A stretch of DNA of 64,000 bases from Candidatus Aminicenantes bacterium (GCA_963702005.1 OY969696.1:1920001-1984000); one strand, 5' to 3'; positions 18,394 to 28,482 are shown, counted from the first letter of the stretch. Numbers and translations: made by a program. The notes: generated by a model from the sequence alone, not told the origin.

Positions 18394-19718
18394 TCCTCAA
18401 CGAAAAAGAAATCAGGGCGCTCCTGGAAAGCGTTATCTCGGACAGCCCGGGCCGGACGATGTCCATCGGCGTTTCATCCACGGAAACAGGCTCCACGCGA
18501 TTCGCCAACAATGCGATCACGACCAACGGCGTTTACAGCAATCTCAACCTGGCCGTCCAGGTTCTCAAGGGCAAGAAGCAGGGGCTTGTTATGATCAATG
18601 AGCTCGACCGGGAGAAAGTCCGGGAAGCCGTGGCCCGGGCGGACACTTTATCCGATGTCGCCCCGGAAAACGCCGAGTTTATGCCTCTGCTCGGTCCCCA
18701 AGTCTATCCCTCTGTCCCGCCGCTCTATTATGCCGCGACGGCCGGATTTTCGCCCGACCAACGCGCAGGGGCCATCATCTCCGCGATCGACAAGGCCAAA
18801 GCCCGCAACCTCAACGCCGCCGGGTTCTTTGAAACGACGAGCTTCACCTCGGCCAGCCTGAACTCCCTGGGCCAATACTATTTCGCCACCGGCTCGCGGG
18901 CCTATTACAGCAATACGATGCGGGGGGGGACGGGTTCCGGCTGGGCCGCCGCTGAGGATGAAGATGTCGCCAAGCTCCAAACGGGAGACCTAGCTGACCG
19001 GGCCTTAGTCAAGGCCGTGGAATCGCAGAACCCGAAGAAGCTCTCCCCAGGCAAGTATACGGTCGTCCTCGAGCCGGCGGCCGTGGCGGATTTCTTATGG
19101 ATGTTGTTTTACAATTTTGCGGCGCGGGAGGCGGACGAGGGTCGCAGCTTCCTCTCTCTTTCCGAGGGGAAAAACCGGCTGGGGGAGGCGCTCTTCAACC
19201 CGAAGGTTACGGTATACAGTGACCCCGCTTTTCCCCCCATACCGGCTTTTCCGATCGGCGAAGACGGGCTTCCCGTGAAGAAGACGGTCTGGATTGAGAA
19301 GGGAGTCATAAAAAATCTGAGCTATACTCGATACTGGGCGCAGAAGTCCGGGCGCGAACCGGTTCCGTTTCCATCGAATATCATCATGGAAGGCGGCGCG
19401 CATTCCCTGACGGATCTCATCCGCTCGACGGAGGATGGGGTCCTGGTCAGCCGGCTGTGGTACATCCGCGACCTCAACCCCATGATCCTCCTCCTGACCG
19501 GGCTGACCCGGGATGGGGTCTTCCGCATCAAGAACGGGAAGGTCGTTTATCCCGTGAACAATTTCCGATTCAACGAGAGCCCGGTCAACGTACTCAAGAA
19601 CGTGGTCATGATGTCCAAACCGGTGCGAGCGATGGGGGGCGAGACGGGCCAATCGGCTTTCGTTCCGGCGCTCAAGGCCAAGGATTTCAATTTCGCGTCA
19701 ATATCGGAAGCCGTCTAA
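18390..19718 (+). CDS. tldE: TldE/PmbA partner subunit
   Basis: TRFANNAIT, PGKYTVVLEPAAV, TGLTRDG, NNFRFNES; no HExxxH; ATGA overlap with tldD. Confidence 0.88.
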   Translation: MILNEKEIRALLESVISDSPGRTMSIGVSSTETGSTRFANNAITTNGVYSNLNLAVQVLKGKKQGLVMINELDREKVREAVARADTLSDVAPENAEFMPLLGPQVYPSVPPLYYAATAGFSPDQRAGAIISAIDKAKARNLNAAGFFETTSFTSASLNSLGQYYFATGSRAYYSNTMRGGTGSGWAAAEDEDVAKLQTGDLADRALVKAVESQNPKKLSPGKYTVVLEPAAVADFLWMLFYNFAAREADEGRSFLSLSEGKNRLGEALFNPKVTVYSDPAFPPIPAFPIGEDGLPVKKTVWIEKGVIKNLSYTRYWAQKSGREPVPFPSNIIMEGGAHSLTDLIRSTEDGVLVSRLWYIRDLNPMILLLTGLTRDGVFRIKNGKVVYPVNNFRFNESPVNVLKNVVMMSKPVRAMGGETGQSAFVPALKAKDFNFASISEAV

Positions 19719-19725
19719 TCTATTG

Positions 19726-20076
19726 TCAATAGATCAGGATCCCCTGGGCTTGAGGACGCCGGCTTTCTCCATGGCCGTGATCAAGGCCGTCGACCCCGGC
19801 CTTCCGAACCCGCTCCCAATTCTCATCCTGGTTGACCCAGAGGTCCGCGGCCCAGACTTGGACTCGAAATTCCTTGACCAGAAAGATGCTGGTCATGGCC
19901 GTGCCGCAGCCCAAATCCAGGACCCGCATCCCGGGCTTCAGGTCCATGTCCCTGCACAGCCACTCCATGAGCCAAAGGGCATTGGGGCCCATTTGGTTCT
20001 GCATGACCCAGTCGGGATCATAGGTGTTGGAGCGGGGGAATTCGGGCTGAAAAAGGACAGACTCGGTCTTCGTCAT
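19726..20076 (-). pseudogene. Truncated SAM-dependent methyltransferase
   Basis: MGPNALWL, VLDLGCG motif I, then ends after about 95 aa in an unrelated tail. Confidence 0.75.
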
Positions 20077-20113
20077 GAAAGAATTCCGGCCTTTCCGCGC
20101 GCTCGGGGTTTCT

Positions 20114-20758
20114 TTATTGAAACACCTGCTTGAGGGTGTCGACGAGGCCCAGGGCGTATTCGATCTGGGTCAGGGGGATCTTTTTTTCTTGGGCGATCTT
20201 GGTGAAGCGGCCGTCCTTGTTGCTGTCGGTTGTCACGATCAATAAATCGGCCAGCGGCGCGGTGGCGTCGATCATCCGCTCGTTGTCGCTCCCGGCCGGG
20301 CCGCGCTTGGACTCGCCGCCGACGTGGACGGCGATGACCAGGATCTTCTTCTCTCGACAATACTCGAGGAGCTTGCGGACCCGGGCCGCTTCGGTGTCCA
20401 CCGTCAGCCCCGAAGCCCCCATCCCCTTGAGTGAGGCGCCGATGGCGACGATGACCGCCTTGTAGGGCGTTCCCTTGGGATACTTGGCTAAGTCCGAATG
20501 GATCTCGACATGGAATCCCTCCCGGGATTGCTGCCCGCCCAACCCGACGCCGGCCGCCAGCATTTCGACGGTCGGGACGTCGCAATAGTCATAGGCGATC
20601 CCGGCCTCCTCCATGACGATGTTGAGCGTCTCGACGTCCGGGCTCTGTCCGGCCGAGGTCGTCAGGATGGGCAGCTGCCCCTTGGGGACGGTCTGGCCCG
20701 CCAGGGCCGTCGCGAAGAGAAGGATTCCGAATGCGATCAGGGCTTTTTGTCCGCGCAT
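20114..20758 (-). CDS. DUF6305 secreted protein
   Basis: Signal peptide, ILTTSAGQSPD, GASLKGMGASG, HVGGESKRG, NKDGRFT. Confidence 0.75.
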   Translation of the reverse strand: MRGQKALIAFGILLFATALAGQTVPKGQLPILTTSAGQSPDVETLNIVMEEAGIAYDYCDVPTVEMLAAGVGLGGQQSREGFHVEIHSDLAKYPKGTPYKAVIVAIGASLKGMGASGLTVDTEAARVRKLLEYCREKKILVIAVHVGGESKRGPAGSDNERMIDATAPLADLLIVTTDSNKDGRFTKIAQEKKIPLTQIEYALGLVDTLKQVFQ

Positions 20759-20776
20759 GGTTCGCCTCCTGGATAT

Positions 20777-22501
20777 TTATTTCTTTTCGTCCGGGGCCAT
20801 CAGGATTTCGAAAGCCTTGACGGCCTTCTTCCACCACTCCGGCCACTCCGGTTTTCCCCGCTCCCGCGCCCGCTTCTGGACGTCGTAGGAGGAGAAATGG
20901 TTGTACTTGACGAGGAGGTCGTCGCCCAGCTTCCACCAGGCGCCGACGACGTTCTGGGCGTTGTTGAGCCCGAATCCGGTCAGAAGGACGGCCGCTTTTT
21001 TGGAGGACTTGGCCAGGAGAGGGGCCGCTTGCTTGTCGATTTCGGCGATCTGAGCGACCGCGTCCCCCTCCCATTTAGCCTGGGCGATTTTGACGTCCTC
21101 GACGGCCGCCGCGTACACGGGCTGGACGTGGAAGTCGACGTACTCGAAGGCCCAGCGGGCCGAGTCGCGGTTCAAATTCCAGTGATCGCCGACCGCAAAG
21201 GACTTGGGAAGCTCGGCCGCGCCCGCGTAGAACGGCATGTAGCAGGACGTATCCTGGGGGCCGAACGAGATCCAGGCCAGCCCTCCGACCGGATCGGGAA
21301 GCGAACCGCGGCTCTGGGTGATCGTTGTGTATTCGGCCCGATTGTCGCAAATCGTCCGGGTCGACCGGAAGTAGTTCGGGTTCTTGAACGGTCCGCCGCC
21401 GATGCCCTTGACCGGGTCGAAGATCGTCCCCTGGCATTTGTCGCGGGTCATGGCCATGACGTCCTGGACCGAGATCTTCTTGTCCGGCTTGACCGAGAAG
21501 GGGAGGTCCATGTTGGGCGTCTCCGGCTTGAGGCCGAGCGAGGGCGCCGTCAGGTTGAAGAACCGCCACAGCCGGCTCAGCCAGCCATTGGTCGAGACGG
21601 CCGAGCCTTCGGAGGGGGCGTAGGCCCGCTTCCAGTTAAACGGCTTGCCGCTCGCCGGGTCGTAGAATTTGTTCTCGAGCGCGAACGTAACGACATTGGG
21701 CGAGGCCATGAAATAATCCTTGTTGGCGAGGTCGATCTCGCCGATCCGGCTCTCGTTGGGGCAGACCGAGACTTGGTCGTCAGGGACGCGCTGAGCGCAC
21801 CAGACGGCCCCGGGCTTCCCGCTCTGCGGCGTCCAGAGCGGGCCGGCCGGCATGATCTCGAACACCCAGACTTCCTTGGGGTCGGCGACGGCCAGCATCT
21901 CGCCTTCGTCGTTGAAGCCGTAGCCGTGCTTCTCGGCCAGGGACCCCATGACTTGAATGGCCTCGCGGGCCGTCGCGCAGCGCTCCATGGCCAGAAGGGT
22001 CAGCATGGTCAGGTCGAACTTGGGGGTGGGCGTATTGTTGACCATCTTGCGCTGGCAGCCGATAGAGGACTCGCCGATGGCGAGCTGTTTGTCGTTCATA
22101 TAGCCGAACATTCCGTGGTGGTAGGCGTAGGTGTGGGGAACTTCGGGGATTTCGAGATCGGTGAGGTCCTTCTTATAGAGGTCCCACTTGAGCCCCTCGC
22201 TCGGCGGCCAGGTCTTGTACTGGTTGATGTGGTAGATCTTTCGCGTCGAGCCCGGCTTGTGGTCGGCGGCCGGGACGTGGCGCCAGGTCCAGTCGCACAG
22301 CCCGCAGTCGCAGGTGTGGGTCGTCAGGGTCGAGCCGTCCGTCGAGGCGTCCTTGCCGACCAAGATGACCGTGCAGTTTCCTTCGGGGAGGAAGGCGGGA
22401 GCGGCCGGAGGATTCCCGTTCCGAGCGGTCAGGCCGGCGTAAAGCGCCAGAAGAACCAGGACGGGGAGGACGAGCGAACCGAGGTATCTATGTTTCGTCA
22501 T
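20777..22501 (-). CDS. Peptidase family C69 dipeptidase (secreted)
   Basis: CTVILVGKDASTDGS Ntn nucleophile Cys, MNDKQLAIGES, ERCATAREAI, WCAQRVPDD. Confidence 0.92.
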   Translation of the reverse strand: MTKHRYLGSLVLPVLVLLALYAGLTARNGNPPAAPAFLPEGNCTVILVGKDASTDGSTLTTHTCDCGLCDWTWRHVPAADHKPGSTRKIYHINQYKTWPPSEGLKWDLYKKDLTDLEIPEVPHTYAYHHGMFGYMNDKQLAIGESSIGCQRKMVNNTPTPKFDLTMLTLLAMERCATAREAIQVMGSLAEKHGYGFNDEGEMLAVADPKEVWVFEIMPAGPLWTPQSGKPGAVWCAQRVPDDQVSVCPNESRIGEIDLANKDYFMASPNVVTFALENKFYDPASGKPFNWKRAYAPSEGSAVSTNGWLSRLWRFFNLTAPSLGLKPETPNMDLPFSVKPDKKISVQDVMAMTRDKCQGTIFDPVKGIGGGPFKNPNYFRSTRTICDNRAEYTTITQSRGSLPDPVGGLAWISFGPQDTSCYMPFYAGAAELPKSFAVGDHWNLNRDSARWAFEYVDFHVQPVYAAAVEDVKIAQAKWEGDAVAQIAEIDKQAAPLLAKSSKKAAVLLTGFGLNNAQNVVGAWWKLGDDLLVKYNHFSSYDVQKRARERGKPEWPEWWKKAVKAFEILMAPDEKK

Positions 22502-22514
22502 GGCGGTCCTCCTA

Positions 22515-24257
22515 TCAATGCCCGGTCGCGGCGGGGAGCGGGTCGTTGAAGGCGTCGTAGGCCTTGACCGCTTTCTTCCACCAGTCGGGATACTTCAGCG
22601 CGTAGCGCCCGTAGGTTCGTTTGGACGTGTCGTAGATGGAGAGGTGCTTGTACTTGAGGAAAATCTCGTCGCCCAGCTTCCACCAGGCGTCGACGACGCT
22701 CTGGGCATTGTTGAGGCAATATCCGCTCAGGAAATCCTTGGCCTTGGCCGGGGACTTTTTGTAGAGTTCAAGAGCCTTCGCGTCGATCTCGGCCGTCCGG
22801 GCCAGGGCGCCTCCTTCCCATTTGCCGATGGCGGCGCCAACCTCGGTCATGGCTTGGTCGTAGGCGACCTGGGCGTGATAGTCGACGTAGTCGGACGCCC
22901 AGCGGGCCGAAGCCCGGTTGAAAGTCCAGTGATCGCCGACCGAAAACGACTTGGGGATCTCGGTCGCGCCCGCGTAGAACGGCATGTAGCAGGCCGTGTC
23001 CTGGGCGCCGAAGTTGATCCAGACGATGCCGCCGATCGGGTCGGGGAGCGAGCCCCGGCACTGGGTGATCGTCGTGTACTCGGCGTTCCGCGTCCCGATC
23101 ATCCGGGTCGTCCCCCAATAATTGGGATTCGAGAACGGCCCGCCCCGGATGCCCCGGACTGGGTCGAGGGCCGTTCCCCGGCACTTGTCCCGGGTCATGG
23201 CCATGACGTCTCCGACCGAAAGCTTCTTCTCGGGCTTGACCGAGAAGGGATAGTCCATATTCTCCATCTCGGGCTTGAAGGCGAGCGAAGGCGCGACGAT
23301 ATTGAAGAACCTCCACATCCGGGCCCGGCGGCCTTCGCTGCTGACGGCGCTCCCCTCGGAGGGCGAATAGGCGCGCTTCCAGGAGAAGGGCTTTCCGCTC
23401 GCGGGATCGTAGAGCTTGTTCTCGACCGCAAACGACATGACGTTGGGCGAGGCCATGAAATAATCCTTGTTGGCCAGGTCGATCTCGCCGATCCGGCTTT
23501 CGTTGGGGCAGACCGCGACATGGTCGTCCGGGACGCGCTGGGCGCACCAGAGGGCCCCGGGCTTCCCGCTTTGGGGCGTCCAGAGGGGGCCGACCGGCAT
23601 GATCTCGAACACCCAAACTTCCTTGGGGTCGGCGACGGCCAGCATCTCGCCGCCGTCAAGATAACCGTAGCCGTACTTCTCGGCGAGCGAGCCCATGAGT
23701 TGAATGGCCTCGCGGGCCGTCGAGCAGCGCTCCATGGCCAGCAGGGTCAGCTCGGAGACGTTGAACTTGGGGACGGGCGTCGGGTTCTCGAGCTTGCGGA
23801 CATTTCCGATCGTCGATTCGCCGATGCCCAGCTGCTTCTCGTTCATGTAGCCGAACATCCCGTGGTGGTAGGCGTAGGTGTGGGGGACTTCGGGGAGGTC
23901 CAGCCCGGCGGGCTCCTTGTTGACCATGTCCCACTTGAGCCCTTCGGCCGGCGGCCAGGTCTTGAACTGGGAGATGTTGCGGATCTTGCGCACCGCGCCC
24001 GGCTTATGATCGGCGGCCGGGACGTGGCGCCACGTCCAATCGCACATGCCGCAGTCGGCGGTGTGGGTCGTCATGGTCGAGCCGTCGGTCGAGGCGTCTT
24101 TGCCGACCATGATGACCGTGCAGCCCTCGGGCTCGGGGCGCGATGCCGGAGCGGCGGGCCTGCCGGCGGTCCGGGAAGGCCTCAGCAGGGCCGCGCCGGT
24201 GAGAACGAGGCCGCAGATAGCAATGGATAGGATGAGAGCTTTTCGTTGCAAGCGCAT
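22515..24257 (-). CDS. Peptidase family C69 dipeptidase (secreted), tandem paralog
   Basis: CTVIMVGKDASTDGS, MNEKQLGIGES, WCAQRVPDD; AAGGAGG RBS. Confidence 0.92.
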   Translation of the reverse strand: MRLQRKALILSIAICGLVLTGAALLRPSRTAGRPAAPASRPEPEGCTVIMVGKDASTDGSTMTTHTADCGMCDWTWRHVPAADHKPGAVRKIRNISQFKTWPPAEGLKWDMVNKEPAGLDLPEVPHTYAYHHGMFGYMNEKQLGIGESTIGNVRKLENPTPVPKFNVSELTLLAMERCSTAREAIQLMGSLAEKYGYGYLDGGEMLAVADPKEVWVFEIMPVGPLWTPQSGKPGALWCAQRVPDDHVAVCPNESRIGEIDLANKDYFMASPNVMSFAVENKLYDPASGKPFSWKRAYSPSEGSAVSSEGRRARMWRFFNIVAPSLAFKPEMENMDYPFSVKPEKKLSVGDVMAMTRDKCRGTALDPVRGIRGGPFSNPNYWGTTRMIGTRNAEYTTITQCRGSLPDPIGGIVWINFGAQDTACYMPFYAGATEIPKSFSVGDHWTFNRASARWASDYVDYHAQVAYDQAMTEVGAAIGKWEGGALARTAEIDAKALELYKKSPAKAKDFLSGYCLNNAQSVVDAWWKLGDEIFLKYKHLSIYDTSKRTYGRYALKYPDWWKKAVKAYDAFNDPLPAATGH

Positions 24258-24286
24258 CGGACCTCCTTGGTGGCGAGTCATGGCGA

Positions 24287-25450
24287 TCAATGATAGACGA
24301 CCGAATCGGGCTTGGCCGCGCCCGGATCGTGGAAGTAATGTCCGACCCCGTTCTTGACGACCTCGGCATAGCGCGGCACGCCGTGGAGCCGGATCGCCCG
24401 GTCGGGCATTTTCTTGGAATACTGGCGAATGATCTCGAGCATCACGGACATATGCTGGCCGACCCGCTTGTCCATGGGCCAGCCCGATTCGTCGTAGGGG
24501 ACGAACAGCTTCTTTTTCCGGCTCAGGCTGAGCAGGAAGGGATCCTTGCCGTCGAGAAGGAGCTTTTCGGTCTTGGGGCCGGTCGGCTGGTCGAGGAAGG
24601 GGATGGGCGCTTCGAGCAGGAAGGGGAGGGTGTCGGAGTAATCGCCGATTTCGCGATGGGAGAGCCCGCGGAAACCCGACGGCGAGCTTTCGACGTGATT
24701 ATCGAACCCTTCCATGGCCTTGACCGTGAGCGAAGCCAGCGTCGCGATCCTCATCGACTTCTCGGGCGCGACTATGCAGTTTGTGACCGGGAACATCGTC
24801 TCGGCCCCATGGAGGTCGAAGGCGATGTCGACCTTCTGGCGCCGCATGATTTCCATGGCGCCCCAGGTCACCCGCTCCATGAGCGGGCCGTTCGGCCGGC
24901 CCGGCCAGGTCCGGTTTGAATTCCGGACGTCGATGTAGGATAAAAGCTGACGCTCGGGGTAGTGGATATAGATATCGGGGTCGGGCCAGGCCTCGAGCGG
25001 GGCGGCGTCGCGGTTCCCCATCCGGAACCGTTTATGGCCCCAGTCGGTCGGGATGTCGAAATAGAGCGGATAGCCGTCCCCGGGCCGGGTGGCGCGGCTT
25101 CCGCTGTGGTTGAAGAAGGGGATGACGATGACCGTCCCCTTTTCGACGACGGCGTTCTCGATGAAGATGAGCGCGGCCAGCGTCCCGGCCGGCTCGTTGG
25201 CGTGGGTCGAGGCGAGCATAATCACTTTGCCGCCCGGTTCTTGTCCTTCGAGTGTAAAGACCTTGGTATCGGCTAAGGTCCCTTTGAGGCCGGGGGAGTA
25301 GGCGCTGAGCGGCTCGACCTTGGAGACGCTCGGGCCGAGGACGATCGGAACCTGGAAATGGCGGTGGCGGTAGAGATCGATTCCGCCCAGGACGGCGATC
25401 AGAGCGACGGCGAGTCCCAGGGCCGTTTTAATCAAGAGTTCGCGGCGCAT
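24287..25450 (-). CDS. M14-like deacylase (succinylglutamate desuccinylase/aspartoacylase family), membrane anchored
   Basis: THANEPAG Zn motif, NSNRTWPG, FDLHGA, N-terminal TM. Confidence 0.85.
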   Translation of the reverse strand: MRRELLIKTALGLAVALIAVLGGIDLYRHRHFQVPIVLGPSVSKVEPLSAYSPGLKGTLADTKVFTLEGQEPGGKVIMLASTHANEPAGTLAALIFIENAVVEKGTVIVIPFFNHSGSRATRPGDGYPLYFDIPTDWGHKRFRMGNRDAAPLEAWPDPDIYIHYPERQLLSYIDVRNSNRTWPGRPNGPLMERVTWGAMEIMRRQKVDIAFDLHGAETMFPVTNCIVAPEKSMRIATLASLTVKAMEGFDNHVESSPSGFRGLSHREIGDYSDTLPFLLEAPIPFLDQPTGPKTEKLLLDGKDPFLLSLSRKKKLFVPYDESGWPMDKRVGQHMSVMLEIIRQYSKKMPDRAIRLHGVPRYAEVVKNGVGHYFHDPGAAKPDSVVYH

Positions 25451-25466
25451 GGGCGTCTCTCCTTTC

Positions 25467-25622
25467 TCACTTGACCCGCAGCAGCCGGAGCAGGAGCGGG
25501 AGGATGACCAGGAGGTAGAGGAACGCGTCGTCGGCCTTTTTTTTCTCCCGGATGAAGTTCCAGCCGAGGAGAGCGATCAGGCAGGCGCTGAGGACGTAAT
25601 ATGCGATCATGACCAGGTTCAT
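25467..25622 (-). CDS. 51-aa two-helix membrane protein
   Basis: MNLVMIAYYVLSACLIALLGWNFIREKKKADDAFLYLLVILPLLLRLLRVK; GAGGTG RBS; fills the operon gap; below the ORF-track cutoff. Confidence 0.8.
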   Translation of the reverse strand: MNLVMIAYYVLSACLIALLGWNFIREKKKADDAFLYLLVILPLLLRLLRVK

Positions 25623-25635
25623 GGCGTCACCTCTC

Positions 25636-26955
25636 TCACATGCTCCAGCGGACTAGGAAGGCGAGCTTGGCGCTGAAGACGATCATCAGGATGGCCGTGA
25701 CCGTGATGACCAGCCAGGGCAGCCAGGTCGCCTTCAGGAACGACCCGTAGGAACCCTTATAGTCGGAGACGATGACGCTCAGGCGGCCGATCAAAGCCGT
25801 AGGCGGGAGGCCGTCGCCGAGCGCCCAGAGGAAGCTCAAGGCCGCGATGACGATCGTCGCGTGGAGCCCGATCGAGTCCAGGTACCAGACGAGCGGGATG
25901 CCGACGATGGCCGCCCCGCCGTAGGTCAGGACGGCCTCGGAAACGGGGATGATGATGGCGAGCAGGATATAGAAGAGGAGCCCGAGCGGAATCGTGATCA
26001 CGGCATAGGAAAGGAAGCCGCGGACGCCGGTCGCGGTCATGACCTGCTGGAGCATGCCGACGACGACCGTCGTCGCAAGGAGCGGGAGAAGGCGTTTGAC
26101 GGTGTCCCTAGACACGCGCAGGATCGGGATCCGCTTAGGGCTGACCAGGAGGGCGGCCAGTCCCGCGATCGTGAACTCGAGGGCCAGGCCGAGGATCGGC
26201 GTTGAGAACGGCCAGATCCGGTAGGCCGCGACGAGCCCGAAGAAAACGAGGAAGGGAACGGCGACCCGCCACCAGGACATGCCGGCCGGAGCTTCGGGCA
26301 GTTTTTGGGCCGCGCCGGGGTCTTCCGCGATGGACTTGTCTTTCTTCAAGCCGAGTGTGAGCACGGTGAACGTGCCGAGGAGAAGGACCGGGATCCCGAG
26401 CGGAAGCTCGAACCCGACGTAGGGGATGGCCGTCCCCGCGCAGAGGATCATGGCCCAGATATTGACCGGGGGCGCGGCCGCTGCCAGGCCGGCCGTGATG
26501 AACAGGATGGCGGCGACCCGCTTGGGAGAGATTTGCAGGTTACGCAGGGCCAAAGCGACCGGCGCTCCGACCACCAGGAGCGAAACGCTCCCGGCGCCGG
26601 TCAGGGCGCCCGGGACGAGGATGATGATCATCAAGACAATCAGAGCCAGGGCCCGCGTTTTGGAAAGGGTTCTCATGACGCCGCGCACGGCGTAATCGAC
26701 CCCCCCGGATTCGCTGACGATGGCCATGAAGATGGTCGCGGTCGTGAAGAGAAGGATGACGTCGAGATAGGTGAAGGAGCCCTCGACGAGATGACGGGCC
26801 AGGTCGTGCAGGGGCGGCGTCCGCCAGAAGGCGCCGGCCAATCCCCCGGCCAGGGCGGCCGTGAAGATGCTCGTCTCAACCGAGAGCTTGCGGGCCTTGG
26901 CCGCGGCGTAGGCCAGAACCATGATTCCCAGAATAATCGCGATTGGCAAGGTCAT
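25636..26955 (-). CDS. TRAP DctM-like / IT-superfamily permease
   Basis: About 12 TM segments, PGALTGAG, AAPPVN, GDGLPPTALIG. Confidence 0.82.
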   Translation of the reverse strand: MTLPIAIILGIMVLAYAAAKARKLSVETSIFTAALAGGLAGAFWRTPPLHDLARHLVEGSFTYLDVILLFTTATIFMAIVSESGGVDYAVRGVMRTLSKTRALALIVLMIIILVPGALTGAGSVSLLVVGAPVALALRNLQISPKRVAAILFITAGLAAAAPPVNIWAMILCAGTAIPYVGFELPLGIPVLLLGTFTVLTLGLKKDKSIAEDPGAAQKLPEAPAGMSWWRVAVPFLVFFGLVAAYRIWPFSTPILGLALEFTIAGLAALLVSPKRIPILRVSRDTVKRLLPLLATTVVVGMLQQVMTATGVRGFLSYAVITIPLGLLFYILLAIIIPVSEAVLTYGGAAIVGIPLVWYLDSIGLHATIVIAALSFLWALGDGLPPTALIGRLSVIVSDYKGSYGSFLKATWLPWLVITVTAILMIVFSAKLAFLVRWSM

Positions 26956-27122
26956 GGCGTGCTTTTCTCCGTTTTATGAACGGACATGATGTGGACATAT
27001 TACTCCGCCCGGGGAGGGCGGTCAAATCAAAGGAAACCATTTGCCGAAAAAGAGCGTAATTATTGAAAAGAACATATTGTGTCTATACGGATAAGCATCA
27101 AATTCGCAAGGAGGGATCTCCG

Positions 27123-28482
27123 ATGAAAAAGACCATAGGCCATCTTGCGCTGATCGCAGTTCTGGCGGTTTTTCTTTCGGCCGGTTTCCATGAATCCGCC
27201 CAGGCCGCGGCCGTTCAAAAGGCCGGAAAGCAGAAAGACGCGCTGGTCGCGGACCTCGAATCCGCCCTTCCTGGGCTTATTAAAGAAGCCGACATCCCCG
27301 GCATGTCGATCGCCGTGATCCGGGACGGAAAGCTCCTGTGGAGCGGGGCGTTCGGGATCAAGAGCGCGCTAACCAAGGAGCCGGTATCCGAAGATACGAT
27401 CTTCGAGGCGGCCTCCCTGACCAAGCCCTATTTCGCCTATTACGTCATGAAGCTTGTCGAAGCGGGGGAATTGGATCTCGACAAGCCGCTGGTCGGATAC
27501 GTTCCCCGGGATTACCTGGTGAAGAATTATATCGAGCATCCTTGGGAGCTGGAAGGATTCCGCCGCGACTGGTTCGAAAAGATCACGGCCCGGATGGTCC
27601 TGAGCCATTCCTCCGGGCTTCCCCACGGCGACCCGCGCCGGCCGCTCCCGATCTTTTTCGAGCCGGGGACGAAATATCGCTATTCCGCGGACGGCTACTT
27701 CTATCTCCAGAAGGTCGTCGAATATCTCAAGGGCAAGCCGTTGGAGGCGCTGATGAAGGAGGCGGTCATCGATCCCTTGGGAATGACTTCCAGCAGCCTG
27801 GTCTGGGAAGATCGCTATGAGACGCGGGCCGCGGTCGGCCACGATTTCTTCGGCGTGACGGACGGGAAATTCAGGAAGAGGACCGAAGCCCACGCCGCGG
27901 CCACGCTCTACACGACGGCCAAAGACTACGCCCGGTTCGTGATGGCCGTCCTGAACGACGACGGGCTCAAGCCGGCGACCGTCCGGGAGATGCTCAAGCC
28001 CCAGATCCCCGTCGCCCAAGACATCTCCTGGGGCCTCGGCTTCGGCCAGGAGACGACATCGGCCGGCCAAGCCTTCTGGCAGTGGGGGGATTTACGACGC
28101 CCCCGCCGTTCGTTTCGGTAAAGCCGTAATTGAGAAAGGCGTCGCCGAAATCCCCGGGCTGTTCAAGGAATACCGCGAGGCCAATCCCCAGGAATTCAAC
28201 GAGCAGGCCGCCAACTGGGTCGGCTACCTGCTGCTGCAATCCCAGCGGACCCAGGAGGCCATCGCCGTGTTCAAGCTCAACGTCGAAACCTATCCCGAAT
28301 CCGCCAACGTCTATGACAGCCTGTCCGACGCGTACATCAAAGCCGGCGATAAGGAACGGGCCATCTTTTATTGTAAAAAAACGCTGGAGATTATCCCCCT
28401 GGATAAAAAGGCCGACAAGGCGACTCTGGACACCCTTAGGCTGGGAGCTCTCGACAAGCTCAAGGATCTGGAGAAGAAATAG
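27123..28482 (+). pseudogene. Beta-lactamase-family serine hydrolase with C-terminal TPR, broken by an internal deletion/frameshift
   Basis: ASLTK (SxxK), LSHSSG, YRYS, FWQWGD, then the frame jumps to YDAPAV...FKLNVETYPESANVYDSL. Confidence 0.8.

Noticed and set aside
20498-24230. Long plus-strand ORFs (683 and 576 aa) and similar antisense ORFs elsewhere
   Set aside because: Shadow frames of high-GC3 genes on the opposite strand; no motifs or RBS
28081-28095. Programmed frameshift or phase variation at the G-run
   Set aside because: A block of expected sequence is missing, so a 1-nt shift would not restore a complete domain
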